From Ignavibacteriota bacterium (GTDB taxonomy: Bacteria > Bacteroidota > Ignavibacteria > UBA10030), in assembly GCA_963701295.1 (NCBI GenBank), contig OY969585.1:2304001-2368000 (forward strand): a DNA stretch of 64,000 bases. Direction: 5' to 3'. Within the stretch, counting starts at the first letter, position 1. Every line of letters starts with the position of its first letter. Shown here piece by piece: positions 9,840 through 20,676 of the stretch. The notes beneath the pieces are model-generated. The model did not search any database, had not been told where the DNA came from, and saw only the letters and a list, made by a program, of their open reading frames with translations. The position numbers and the translations under genes were made by a program.

Positions 9840-12050
9840 TCATCGATCGACGATTGACAGACTGTGAATTCCCGATGGTCCCAACACAATAACGTACTTC
9901 TCATTTTGTATGATAGGAAGGTCAACCACAGCACCATCTAGCACCATCACTGCAGGTCGTCTACTCAATGTAAGTGCGCAGCGTGCGGGTGATGTGTACT
10001 TCACTCTCAGGCTATCTCCTTCTTGATGGCACTCCAGAAGTTCATCCGAAATTGAAACTAATTGGATCCTGGTTTCCTGAATGTGAGTTGTGTCATTCAT
10101 TTTTCGGAAACCCAGCGTATGCTTCCCCTGTGGAATCAGAATGCCTTCCCGACCATAACACATCCATGGTTCCCCGTCTAAAAAGAATCGGCCCTTCATT
10201 TGCACAGAGGTGAGTGTCACGGTGTAGGGGGTGTTGATGAGCAATTCCGAACCATCCTTTTGGATGTCAACCTTGGCGGCCATTGCATATGGAAGAATCT
10301 CCCAGTCATGGCTGAACATGGTAGACTCAGAATAGAAGCACACTCGTGAACTCTGATCAGCCGCTGCCTCCCAAAGCTGGAAGATCTCAGAACCGGTTGG
10401 TTGTGAAATCGAGTAGCCTTTCTGTTCAGGTGAATGCACAGGCACAACATTGATGTCAATGATGAACGGATGATCTCCGAGAAACCGATGATAAGTCTTT
10501 CCTAACCTGGAATAACGCTCGGGCGGTTTGGTCCACTCCATGTAAGGGTCTTCAACCTGCAATGACATTGTATACTCTTTTACCAGTTCGAGTATGCTGT
10601 GCAAATCATAACCCAATAGTTGATTGAACTCAGGGTGAAGTGAATTATCTGTGATGGTAAGAATCATTTCCCAGTTGCGTTTTCGTGTCGTATTGAGACT
10701 ATCAAGATCATGCACAATTTGCCTCAATAAACTATTGTTCACCTTAACCCTGTACCGATAAAAAGTATTGAGCGCGGCGGAGTCTTTTTTCCAATAATGA
10801 CAATTGGTTGTATCGAACAATTCAATTTGATCAAAGCCATGAAGTTGCTTAAATTCGGCACGAGCAGTCAGACTGAAGCCTGTAAAGTATTCAGGTCGAG
10901 GAGGTCCTTCAAGAGCCTGCGAACCTACTCCTGTAATTGAAAACTCAGCGATATCAATACCATCCCAGTCGTTCTCAAGCAATAGTCCGAGATCATTCAT
11001 AGCGGCCTGCATGCAAAGCGGGTTCTGAAAGTCCATTAAATAGAGAAAATCCAGATGCGCATCTTGGAGCAGGGCGTTCTTTTGACGCCATTCAGGATGA
11101 ATATCCCAAAACTTCCTTCCGACGTAAGGCCATTCGAGCCAGGCATAGACAAGAATTCCATTCTGATGTGAAACTTTGATCAGACGAGCATAATCGTAAG
11201 GAGTTTTATTATAAAAATACCATACTGCTGCATGGATTGCACGAATGCCCCAATGTCGCCACTGCCGTGCCAGTGTTTCGATCGGAAGATTATATCGATA
11301 ACCTGGGTCAAAATAAGCATCTGCTCCCTGTCGTCGAAAGGCAGGCTTTCGATGCAACACCTTAACAATAAAATAAGGAAAATCTGCAAAGCGCGCATAT
11401 CCTTTCCCTGAAATGGGGTCAAACAGCGGGGCAAAATAAATACAGCGCCCTTTGCCAAAACGTTTGGTAATGACCAACGGATAATCATTGTTGCGATCTG
11501 AAATGAGGATATCCCTCTTCCGCTTAGAAATATTTTCGATCCAGGCAACCCGCGGTGTATCCGCCCAGTGGGGCTTGAGTTCTGGAAGGACATGATCAAC
11601 AAGATCAGCAATAGGCACAGGCTCTCTCAGTTGAAAGCCCATCGCTCGTGAGAGGCCACTCTCTCCATCCGTGATCACGGTGAGGCCGAGTTGCAGGCTC
11701 TTCATAATTGCCTTGACATTATTTGCGGACAACGATCGGGCGGAACTGTGCGGAACAATAAGCAAAGTATTTGGTCCGAGCAGGTGATTCGTTAGATCGC
11801 CAGGATCTCTGCGAATAGTCTTAAAGCCGGAACTCTCCAGGGTGGTAAAGAAACTCTCCTGGTCGATCGCATCTTCATTGAGGGCCTTCGAATTCCACAG
11901 GAGAACATTTTCCGAAACGCCTTCAGGAAATTCTTGTGAATAGGCTGTATGATTGAAATAAATAATCAATAGGTAAAAGAAAACAATCTTCCATATCCAT
12001 ACAGAACAGCGGCGTTGGTATTTTTTCTGAAGAGACTTTTTTTCGGCCAT
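9840..12050 (-). CDS. Secreted hypothetical protein with a GHL10-like glycoside hydrolase TIM-barrel region
   Basis: 736-aa ORF with N-terminal hydrophobic segment. HQNGILVYAWLE..HPEWRQ..DFQNP..DWDGIDIAE resembles GHL10/DUF187 barrels; the upstream region resembles a class I GATase-like trimerisation domain. Confidence 0.55.
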   Translation of the reverse strand: MAEKKSLQKKYQRRCSVWIWKIVFFYLLIIYFNHTAYSQEFPEGVSENVLLWNSKALNEDAIDQESFFTTLESSGFKTIRRDPGDLTNHLLGPNTLLIVPHSSARSLSANNVKAIMKSLQLGLTVITDGESGLSRAMGFQLREPVPIADLVDHVLPELKPHWADTPRVAWIENISKRKRDILISDRNNDYPLVITKRFGKGRCIYFAPLFDPISGKGYARFADFPYFIVKVLHRKPAFRRQGADAYFDPGYRYNLPIETLARQWRHWGIRAIHAAVWYFYNKTPYDYARLIKVSHQNGILVYAWLEWPYVGRKFWDIHPEWRQKNALLQDAHLDFLYLMDFQNPLCMQAAMNDLGLLLENDWDGIDIAEFSITGVGSQALEGPPRPEYFTGFSLTARAEFKQLHGFDQIELFDTTNCHYWKKDSAALNTFYRYRVKVNNSLLRQIVHDLDSLNTTRKRNWEMILTITDNSLHPEFNQLLGYDLHSILELVKEYTMSLQVEDPYMEWTKPPERYSRLGKTYHRFLGDHPFIIDINVVPVHSPEQKGYSISQPTGSEIFQLWEAAADQSSRVCFYSESTMFSHDWEILPYAMAAKVDIQKDGSELLINTPYTVTLTSVQMKGRFFLDGEPWMCYGREGILIPQGKHTLGFRKMNDTTHIQETRIQLVSISDELLECHQEGDSLRVKYTSPARCALTLSRRPAVMVLDGAVVDLPIIQNEKYVIVLGPSGIHSLSIVDR

Positions 12051-12072
12051 CGCAATATTATTTCAAAGTATA

Positions 12073-12336
12073 TTATAACAAAACAGGGTTGAAAATAAGA
12101 GCTAGAACTCGAGATATTCTTTTTGTAGAAAGGAATGAAAATATACGACAAGAATCAATCCATGGCTTCGTGATTCGAAAGTGTATCGTTTCTGAATCTA
12201 GTATACAAAATGAGGGTCGAAAGTAAGTAGGGTTAATAATAGAAAAATCGCAATTGACCTGCCTCCAAGATATGTGCGAATGATAAATTAGTAATTTCCA
12301 GAGAAGTAAGCAGTTTTCGATGGAGCTTTTAACCAT
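12073..12336 (-). CDS. Hypothetical small ORF (possibly decayed)
   Basis: Strong AAAGGAG RBS before ATG 12336, but no recognisable protein features. Confidence 0.25.
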   Translation of the reverse strand: MVKSSIENCLLLWKLLIYHSHISWRQVNCDFSIINPTYFRPSFCILDSETIHFRITKPWIDSCRIFSFLSTKRISRVLALIFNPVLL

Positions 12337-12469
12337 TTGTTTCTCCTTTATACATAATATACTTTTTACTATGTTAAAGATAAATCACTTTTTAGGTGGC
12401 ATGTCAGACGAGAGGGAATTTTCGATTTTGAAGTGTTATCGCTGTCTTTGATGTGCTGGCTGTATCCGT

Positions 12470-12508
12470 TGACAGGCAGGTGCTCTAACCAAGCTGCGCT
12501 ACGACTCC
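12470..12508 (-). pseudogene. Degenerate 5' half of tRNA-Asp(GTC)
   Basis: 36/39 identity to 9535-9573; similarity ends in the anticodon loop (..CCTGCCTGTCA). Confidence 0.85.
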
Positions 12509-12980
12509 ATCAATATAAAACCATACAGATTTAACGCATAATGTTTAGCGAAACAAGAGTATTCTATTAGTCAGAAAAATAATTCTTTGAAAGAATTGCC
12601 ATTTTTAGGTCTTAAGTAATAATTCTTGGATTTTCCCATCCAATAAAGAATTGAAATCGCCATCTATCAATAAAGTCAAAAAGATTTTCATGAATGAAAT
12701 GAGTCCAGAAATTGAAATGTTCATTCAGATTGTTGCAGTAAAAAATGTCAATGTCTGACAAGTTAGTGTTTTACCTCTAAAAGTGCGTCTAATGTCGATT
12801 AAGAAACATATTGAAAACATTGAGGGAAATGAATATTTGTGTTGACATTTGAATGAAAAACCCCAATATTTCGACAACATTTCTATGATATCGGAAAGGG
12901 GCGAGCATACGTTCTCCCTTATCTAATCAGTAGATAAAAAAATAATTCACAAATAATTCACCATTCATAGAGGGACTTTT

Positions 12981-13268
12981 ATGGGAAAAGCAATGACGAA
13001 AAGCCAGATTGCAGCTCATCTTGCAAGCAAGTTTGAGTTGAAGAAAAAAGATGCTGTTGGCATTTTGGAAGAAATTGCGAACCTGGCATACCGAGAAGCA
13101 AAAAATTCTTTTACTCTGCCGGGCATCGGTAAATTAGTTTTAGTTGATCGAAAGGCCCGTATTGGACGAAATCCAGCCACTGGAGAACAAATTAATATTC
13201 CTGCAAAGACAGTTGTTAAGTTCCGTGTTGCGAAGGCTGCAAAAGAAGCAGTTCTGAGCCAGAAGTAA
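12981..13268 (+). CDS. hup: HU family DNA-binding protein
   Basis: MTKSQI..LPGIGK..RKARIGRNPATGEQINIPAKTVVKF. Confidence 0.93.
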   Translation: MGKAMTKSQIAAHLASKFELKKKDAVGILEEIANLAYREAKNSFTLPGIGKLVLVDRKARIGRNPATGEQINIPAKTVVKFRVAKAAKEAVLSQK

Positions 13269-13290
13269 AGTACAGTTCAAATATGCATTG

Positions 13291-13328
13291 AAAGGCGTCG
13301 AGATAAAAACTCTTGACGCCTTTTTTTC
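13291..13328 (+). terminator. Intrinsic terminator after HU
   Basis: AAAGGCGTCGAGA..TCTTGACGCCTTTTTTT stem followed by a U-tract. Confidence 0.85.
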
Positions 13329-13411
13329 TGTTTTATTTTTTGAGATCTCTTGTACATGATCTGCAAAATATATACGCTGGCGAAGTATGTGACAGAAGAA
13401 GGGATCGACAC

Positions 13412-15644
13412 ATGATAGACATATATCCCAAGACTGGGAAGACTCTTTATCTCAATATCATCTGGCATCAGCACCAACCGTTATATCTCGATCCGGAATC
13501 CGATCAATTGCAAGGACCGTGGGTGCGTACGCATGGGACTAAGGATTATTATGATATGACGGCGATACTTGAGAAATACCCCAATATTCATTTCACAGTT
13601 AATTTGACCTCTTCCTTATTGTTACAACTGCAGGTGTATTACGTTGAGCGTTTGGCTCCATTTGTAGATATGAAAAATAATCGTATAGATGCAAAGAAGT
13701 ACTTCATGCAATTTGCTGGCAAAACCGATCCGTGGATTGATCTTGCGCTCAAACCGACAGGGCAGTTCAATGAAAAAGATTTAAAATTTCTTTTCACGAA
13801 TAGTTGGAATGCATTTGGTGTAAATGAAATTGTCATTGCGAGATTTCCTGAATACAAACTGCTGAGAGAAAAATATGTTCAAAGTGGAGTCAAGGGAATG
13901 TCTCAGCAGGATATTCGTGAAGTCAAATATTGGTTTTATCTTGCTTTATTCGATCCTGATTTTCTTGAGCGGCCACAGAAGTTGGCAACCGGTGCAATAA
14001 TGAATCTCACAGACATCATCCAGAAGAATATGGATGGAACATACACGTTGAAGAAAACGGTTACAGAAGAAGAATGTAATCGTATCATTGCTGAAATGTA
14101 CAAGGTTCTCTCAGCGATTGTACCCATTCACAAGAAGCTGATGTATCGTCCAGCCAAGTGCAAAGGTCAGATTGAGATTCTCACAACACCGTATTATCAT
14201 CCCATCCTTCCGTTGATTTATGATTCAGACCTGGCGTTACTTTGTCAACCAAGCCAGACAATGCCGGCGCGTTACCATTTCCCTAAAGATGCCGAAGCGC
14301 AGATAGCGAAAGCTGTACGAGCATATAAAAAAACATTTGGAATGAATCCAACGGGTATGTGGCCAGGCGAAGGTGCAGTAGCACATGATGTAATTCAGGT
14401 TTTTGCACATCAAGGAATCAAATGGATAGCAACAGACCAAAAGATATTAGAACGGTCAAAACCGGGAGATCAGCCTTGCTTCTATCCCTATGCAGTTTTC
14501 CCTGAACATGGCTCGAAAGAAAAAGATGCAGTCGTAGTTGTGTTTCGAGAAACAGAATTATCCGACAAGATTGGATTTGTTTATAAAAACTATCGAGGTG
14601 AGGATGCCGCAGAAGATTTTATCCAAAATGTTTTGAAATATATTCCTCACGAGGACGAACCAGATCGGTTGCTTACAGTCATTCTTGACGGAGAAAATGC
14701 CTGGGAATGGTATGAGTATGACAATGATGGAAAAAACTTCCAAAATGCACTCTACCGGAAACTTACCGCTTTATTTGAAACGCGGCAGGTAATAACAACG
14801 ACCGTTACTGAATACATCAATGGTAATCCCAATCGCATGATACCAGCGCATCCCATTGAGACGCTTCAAAGGATTGAATGGTTGTGGCCCGGTTCTTGGA
14901 TCAACGCAAATTATGATACCTGGATCGGTCAGGATGAAAAGAATAAAGCCTGGGAATACCTTTCTCTTGCACGAAATGATTTGGAAGCTTCAGGACTTCC
15001 TCAACCCGATTCGAAGAAACAGCCCCCAAGGGAAAAGACCAAAGCGTGGTATGCATTCCGCGCATGGGAATCTGATGTACGCAGCTGAAGGATCGGATTG
15101 GTTCTGGTGGTACGGGACTGAACAGAATACTCCTGCGGGCGAAAAACCATTTGATCTTGCCTATATCACACACTTGAAAAATATTTACAAATTTGCAGAA
15201 CTTGCCGGCGGCAAAATGCCAAAGCGTGAATTCAAACCCCTTATTTCCATCAGTGCTCAGAAGGTTGTACGCCACTCTCAGGATACAATGGCACAAAGTC
15301 AGCGTGATTTTGTTACAGTAGTATTTCAGTGTGATGCACGTGGAATGTATATCCGAACGTCTCTTTATCTTGTTGGAAATCATGAAGAATTGGGAAACTG
15401 GATTCCGAACAAAGTGCGATTATACGATGATGGTACTCATGGCGATAAAGTTGCAGGTGACAACATCTGGACAATTGAGCTTGCCCTACCGATGGGTGCC
15501 GAGATAGAATATAAATTCACAAATAGCGGGGCCGAAGGAAACTGGAATCCCGGTGAAGAATTTCCAGGAATTAATCGGAAGATACAAGTCGAAAGAACAG
15601 AAGCAGGAAAGATGCTCTTGCTCGATGTTTTTGGAAAGAAGTGA
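13412..15644 (+). pseudogene. GH57 amylopullulanase-like protein with C-terminal CBM20-like domain, split by a 1-nt frameshift near 15074
   Basis: WHQHQP, YYHPILPL, MWPGEG (nucleophile) and ILDGENAWE (acid/base) lie in ORF 13412-15088. MYAAEGSDWFWW and LYLVGN..LGNW..EYKF lie in the next frame, 15075-15644. Confidence 0.8.
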
Positions 15645-17059
15645 TCGACGCACAGAAAGCAAAAATGGTGTCAATGAACACTAAAATTCTAATAGGTACT
15701 GTTGTCTTTGGCTTAATGTGTTGTCCCTTTTTATATCTTGGATGTGTGAAAAAGAATTACTCTGAGTTGGATGCACGCGTGAGTGCAGATTGGGTTAAGG
15801 ACGCAGTTATTTACGAAGTCTATCTTCGTTCCTTCTCAAAAGAGGGAACATTTAAAGCTTTCGAAGCGCGGATTCCTGAATTGCAAAAATTGGGTGTGAC
15901 CATTGTATCGCTCATGCCGATTCATCCTATCGGTGAATTAAACAGAAAGGGAAGCCTAGGAAGTCCATATGCGGTGAAGGACTTTTATGCAGTCAATCCG
16001 GAATATGGTACAGTAAATGATTTTCAATCGCTGGTGAATGCGCTTCACCGGCAAGGCTTAAGGATCGTTATTGACCTTGTCGCATACTACGCCGCTTGGG
16101 ATAGCCAGCTTCTCATGGAACATCCTAGTTGGTTTCAGCATGACGAAGAAAGAGCTATCGTCTCACCCCAGATAGATTTGTTCGATGTCGCACAACTTGA
16201 TTATCATCAGCACGAACCCCGAAAGTATATGATTGCTGTGATGAAATATTGGGTGAAGGAATTCAATGTCGATGGTTTTCAGTGTACCATGGCAGAATCG
16301 ATCCCCATAGACTTTTGGAATGCTGCCCGAAAAGAGGTGGAGAAGATTAAACCGGTGATTATGATCTCGGAAAATTCACGACCGGAATATCATATCAAGG
16401 CTTTTGACCTGACTTTTTCATGGAATATATCTCATATTCTCTCGTCCATAGTAAATAATACGTCATCTGTTTCAGCGCTGGACGATTCGCTGAAATTTGA
16501 ATCTTTTCAATTCCCCAAAGGATCGCTGCGTGTGCGTTTTGATGAACAAAAAGAAAAAATTGAAAGTGCTCAAACATTTGAAAATTTTAGTCCACAAGAG
16601 GCAAAGGCAAGAGCCGTTCTCAAATTCATGATTCCTGGGGTACCATTCATTTGCAATGGTGAAGAAGTGGACGATAATAAACGCTTAAATCTTTTCGACA
16701 AATTCGAAATTGATTGGTCGAAAGGAAAAGATTTTAGGGAGTTATATGAACGATTGGGCACACTTCACCGAGATCATCCGGCGCTAAGGCATGGTTCTTA
16801 TTCCTCCATTCCCAATTCGGAAAGCAAAACGGTATACTCGTTTCTTCGTTCATTCGGGAGAGATTCTCTTATCATGATCATGAACTTTGGGAAGGAGAAG
16901 AAAGTGATCAATCTAAAGTTGCCGATAGGATCGTCCATGATGTGGAAAGATCAATTTTCCAGTATACACTTTCAAGCGAAGGATTTATCATTGAACTTCG
17001 CACTCCTGCCATTGGGCTATGTTGTGCTAGCTCCGGAAACTGAAAGGAACATTCAATGA
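15641..17059 (+). CDS. GH13 alpha-amylase-fold lipoprotein with degenerate catalytic residues
   Basis: [42 protein letters not shown], lipobox-like YLGC. Motifs read DGFQCT, VAYY and RFDEQK instead of DGFRxD, VANH and NHD. Confidence 0.85.
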   Translation: MIDAQKAKMVSMNTKILIGTVVFGLMCCPFLYLGCVKKNYSELDARVSADWVKDAVIYEVYLRSFSKEGTFKAFEARIPELQKLGVTIVSLMPIHPIGELNRKGSLGSPYAVKDFYAVNPEYGTVNDFQSLVNALHRQGLRIVIDLVAYYAAWDSQLLMEHPSWFQHDEERAIVSPQIDLFDVAQLDYHQHEPRKYMIAVMKYWVKEFNVDGFQCTMAESIPIDFWNAARKEVEKIKPVIMISENSRPEYHIKAFDLTFSWNISHILSSIVNNTSSVSALDDSLKFESFQFPKGSLRVRFDEQKEKIESAQTFENFSPQEAKARAVLKFMIPGVPFICNGEEVDDNKRLNLFDKFEIDWSKGKDFRELYERLGTLHRDHPALRHGSYSSIPNSESKTVYSFLRSFGRDSLIMIMNFGKEKKVINLKLPIGSSMMWKDQFSSIHFQAKDLSLNFALLPLGYVVLAPETERNIQ

Positions 17060-17469
17060 AGTTTTATACAGAACATCTCTGGTTTAATACAAAAAAGCAT
17101 CGAGAATATATCAACATAACATCGGAAGTGGAACATATTCTGGCTAAGAGTGGTATCAAAGATGGGATGGTTCTTGTTTCTGCAATGCACATCACGGCTG
17201 GAGTATATGTGAACGATGCAGAAACAGGATTGATACAGGATATTGATGATTGGCTGGAAAAGCTTGCACCATTTAACTCGAATTACAGACACCATCGCAC
17301 GGGTGAGACAAACGGCGATTCGCATCTGAAGAGCCTCCTCATTCATCATGAAGTAATCGTTCCGGTAACAGATAGTAAGCTCGACTTTGGTCCATGGCAG
17401 CAAATTTATTACGCTGAATTCGATGGCCAACGAAAGAAAAGCGTCCTCGTAAAAGTTATGGGCGAGTGA
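17056..17469 (+). CDS. yjbQ: YjbQ/UPF0047 family protein
   Basis: [33 protein letters not shown]. Confidence 0.92.
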   Translation: MKFYTEHLWFNTKKHREYINITSEVEHILAKSGIKDGMVLVSAMHITAGVYVNDAETGLIQDIDDWLEKLAPFNSNYRHHRTGETNGDSHLKSLLIHHEVIVPVTDSKLDFGPWQQIYYAEFDGQRKKSVLVKVMGE

Positions 17470-17486
17470 GCGAAAAGTAAAAAATC

Positions 17487-18392
17487 ATGTCTTACAGGAT
17501 TAAACATATTGTAGAATATATCATCTTTCTGATGACCGCTTTTATCATTCAGCTTTTCCCGTTGTACGTTGTTCATAAAACCGGATTTGCACTTGCCCGA
17601 TTGGTCTATCCTCTTTTAAAGTCACGGAGGAGCGTAGCACTCCAAAATCTTCAGCATGCATTTCCAGAGATGGAGGAAACAAAGCGGCTGCAAATTGCTT
17701 TTCGATCGTTCCAAAGCATCAGTGTGACATTTCTTGAACTGCTCTGGTACCCAAATTTTACGAAGACCAGGATCAAACAGAGAGTCCACATTGAGAACAT
17801 CGAATTGTTAAAACAACTACAAGAAAAGAAGAAAGGGATTATTTTTCTCACAGCTCATTACGGCAGCTGGGAGCTTGCAACTCAGGCGATCGCAGTTTAT
17901 TCCGATGCCCCAGTGTGTACTATCGCAAAACCACAATCGAACTTATTGGTCGATCGTATAATTACTCGCTGGCGTGAATTGTTTGGACTTAAAATTGTGG
18001 CGATGGGTATTAGTGTTCGGGAAATTCTTAGAACGCTTCAGGAGGGTGGAATTGTTGCACTTGCTGCCGACCAATCAGCTCCGAAGGAAGGCGTATCTGT
18101 AAATTTTTTTGGGCGCAATGTGCCGACTTTTCAAGGTCCTGCAATATTCTCATTAAAGACGAAAGCGCCGATCATATTAGGTTGCACCGTAAGACAAGAG
18201 AATGGGAATTATACAATGTGCCTTGTACACGTACCAAGCGATGATTTAGACGGTGTTTCTGATGAAAACATTCTTGAACTAACATGTCGCCAGGTACAAA
18301 TGACGGAAGCAATAATACGCCAATGCCCCGAGCAATGGATGTGGATGCATAAACGATGGAAGCATGTTCAAGATCAAGCTGAAACAGAGTAA
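17487..18392 (+). CDS. Lipid A late acyltransferase (LpxL/HtrB family)
   Basis: TAHYGSWE, ADQ, FFG, PEQWMWMHKRWK. Confidence 0.9.
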   Translation: MSYRIKHIVEYIIFLMTAFIIQLFPLYVVHKTGFALARLVYPLLKSRRSVALQNLQHAFPEMEETKRLQIAFRSFQSISVTFLELLWYPNFTKTRIKQRVHIENIELLKQLQEKKKGIIFLTAHYGSWELATQAIAVYSDAPVCTIAKPQSNLLVDRIITRWRELFGLKIVAMGISVREILRTLQEGGIVALAADQSAPKEGVSVNFFGRNVPTFQGPAIFSLKTKAPIILGCTVRQENGNYTMCLVHVPSDDLDGVSDENILELTCRQVQMTEAIIRQCPEQWMWMHKRWKHVQDQAETE

Positions 18393-19438
18393 TGGGCACA
18401 ATGTTCAACAATATCCTTGTACTACAGACGGCATTCATTGGCGACGCAATTCTTACGCTACCGCTTATTCAAGTTCTCAAAAAAAGCTATCCAAATTCAT
18501 CCATCGATGTTGTTGTTGTTCCAGGAACTGTAAAGATATTTTCTCATCACCCTGCAATATCTAGTATCATTCCATACGATAAAAGAGGCAAGGAGAGCGG
18601 ACTCATTGGCTTTTGGCGCCTTCGGAATCAACTTCGCGCAAAGAACTATGATTTGATTGTTATTCCGCATCGTTCAGTACGAAGCGCGCTTCTTGCATGG
18701 ATGCTGAAACCGAATGTTCGCATAGGATTCGATCGAAGTGCAGGTCGATTTTTATTTACAAGAATTGTGCATTACGACCCAACTGAACATGAAATTGACC
18801 GAAATCTATCATTATTAAGTCCGTTATCACTTCGGATAAATAAAAATGAACTGCCGCAGCTTTATCCTTCTGCTGAAGATGTGCAAGTTGTTGATTCAGT
18901 GCTGGATGGTTTTGGTTTGAAAGAAAATCATATCATCACTGCAGCTCCCGGGACGATTTGGAATACAAAACGCTGGCCCGCGGATAGATTTGCTACGATG
19001 TGCAAACAACTTTCCTCCAAATGCTCTGCCGTATTGCTCATTGGAGGAAAAGAGGACAGCGCCTTGTGTGAAGATATTGCAGGAATGTCAAATGCAAAGA
19101 ATGTCTTCACTGTCGCGGGAAAGCTTTCCTTGCTTCAATCAGCGGAACTTATTAAGCGAAGTCGCGTATTAATTTCAAATGACAGCGCACCGATGCACAT
19201 TGCTGTCGCAGTGGCGACCCCGGTTATTGCAATATTCGGTGCGACTGTTCCGGAATACGGATTCGCGCCGCGTGGAGCACATAATATTGTCATTGAAACA
19301 AAAGGACTCAAATGCCGCCCGTGTTCGATTCATGGCGGAAAGACTTGTCCCATAGGAACATTTGAATGTATGAGAGCGATAACATCGGAACTTGTTGTGA
19401 ACAAAGTGATGCCGTTTTTACAGAAGAAAGTGGTGTGA
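18392..19438 (+). CDS. waaF: LPS heptosyltransferase II-like GT9
   Basis: TAFIGDAIL, TKRWP, NDSAPMHIAVA, IFGAT, CRPC. Confidence 0.8.
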   Translation: MGTMFNNILVLQTAFIGDAILTLPLIQVLKKSYPNSSIDVVVVPGTVKIFSHHPAISSIIPYDKRGKESGLIGFWRLRNQLRAKNYDLIVIPHRSVRSALLAWMLKPNVRIGFDRSAGRFLFTRIVHYDPTEHEIDRNLSLLSPLSLRINKNELPQLYPSAEDVQVVDSVLDGFGLKENHIITAAPGTIWNTKRWPADRFATMCKQLSSKCSAVLLIGGKEDSALCEDIAGMSNAKNVFTVAGKLSLLQSAELIKRSRVLISNDSAPMHIAVAVATPVIAIFGATVPEYGFAPRGAHNIVIETKGLKCRPCSIHGGKTCPIGTFECMRAITSELVVNKVMPFLQKKVV

Positions 19439-19461
19439 AAGTTTTGTTTTTAGTGTATCAT

Positions 19462-19490
19462 TTGAATCTCTTCAAAAACTTCTCTACATT
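19462..19490 (+). promoter_or_regulatory. sigma70-type promoter for tRNA-Arg
   Basis: TTGAAT-N17-TACATT, 21 nt upstream of the tRNA. Confidence 0.6.
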
Positions 19491-19511
19491 GATACGTAAA
19501 ATAATATTCTT

Positions 19512-19585
19512 GCGCCCGTAGCTCAGCTGGATAGAGCGACAGCCTCCGGAGCTGTAGGTCAGGCGTTCGAATCGCCTCGGGCGTA
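19512..19585 (+). tRNA. tRNA-Arg(CCG)
   Basis: GCGCCCGTAGCTCAGCTGGATAGAGCG-ACAGC-CT-CCG-GA-GCTGT-AGGTCAGGCGTTCGAATCGCCTCGGGCGTA cloverleaf. Confidence 0.97.
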
Positions 19586-19621
19586 CAAACAAATTACTTA
19601 TTCATTGAATCAGGAACTCTT

Positions 19622-20311
19622 ATGCTAAAACCGCAGAAGAAGGTCTCTCGGCGAGAAATCAAAGAAGACAAACTTGTCACCGCTTATTTTGAAACGCGCG
19701 GCTGGATAGAACAAAACACGAAAATTCTTTCTTACATTGCAATCGGGGTAGTAGGTGTTGTGGTTATTGGTTTTCTCTGGAGTAAAAACAGGGCTGACTC
19801 TAATGATAAAGCAACTACGATGCTGGCAAAGGTTACACCATACTGCGATGAAGGCAAATATGATCTGGCAATCAATGGTGTTCCTCAAGAAGGCACACAG
19901 GGTTTACAGGCTATTGTAGACGAGCATGGGAGTACCAAAGCAGGCCAACTTGCGAAGCTGTTTTTGGCAAATTCCTATTATGCCTTAAAAAATTACGACA
20001 AAGCTCTTGAATGCTACGATGATATCAGCGTGAGCGATAAGATGATTTCGGCTTCAGCTCTCGCAGGTGCAGCGGCTTGTTATGAAGCGAAAGGCGATTT
20101 GAACAAAGCGGCTTCCTATTTTGAGAAAGCCGCATCGAAGAATATGACACTTATGCAAGCGCCGGATAACTTGCAGAGATCCGCTCTCAACTATGCCGCA
20201 GTAGGGAAGAAGGAAAAAGCTGTCGAACTTCTTCAAACACTGAAGAAGGAGTTTCCTACATCTACAAATGCCCGGGAAGTGGACCGTTTCATAGTAGAGT
20301 ATAGTTCATAA
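19622..20311 (+). CDS. Membrane-anchored tetratricopeptide repeat protein (YfgM-like)
   Basis: Single N-terminal TM helix followed by TPR-like helices (LANSYYALKNYDKA, AACYEAKGDLNKAASYFEKA). Confidence 0.8.
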   Translation: MLKPQKKVSRREIKEDKLVTAYFETRGWIEQNTKILSYIAIGVVGVVVIGFLWSKNRADSNDKATTMLAKVTPYCDEGKYDLAINGVPQEGTQGLQAIVDEHGSTKAGQLAKLFLANSYYALKNYDKALECYDDISVSDKMISASALAGAAACYEAKGDLNKAASYFEKAASKNMTLMQAPDNLQRSALNYAAVGKKEKAVELLQTLKKEFPTSTNAREVDRFIVEYSS

Positions 20312-20676
20312 TTGAATTGTTAAACCCAACGAAGATTGCCAATGCCTATCGTTGATGTCAAGAAGGAGTCATTGGCATCATTCCTTCATTTTTTATTTGG
20401 ATTCCTATCGGCGAGTGACAGAATGTCGTTCCTCCAAGGGAAAAATGCGTTCAAATTGTATTCTTTAGATTTGTCTTCCTCTCATCGTTTAATAATTCTT
20501 CACTCTTGTTCTTTCTTTTTGTAACTTTTTGACGGATATATCGAAATAGATAGAGATAGTCCAATCATCTTCTGTCGGATAAGATAAAGAATGAACCAAT
20601 ATCATTGCTTGTATCATAAAGAAAAATGCTGGTCGTATCTTTACAATTCGTTTCTGGAAAATAAAACAGGTAAATC

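Noticed and set aside
15060-15090. Programmed ribosomal frameshift in GH57
   Set aside because: No slippery heptamer, homopolymer or obvious stimulatory structure at the junction.
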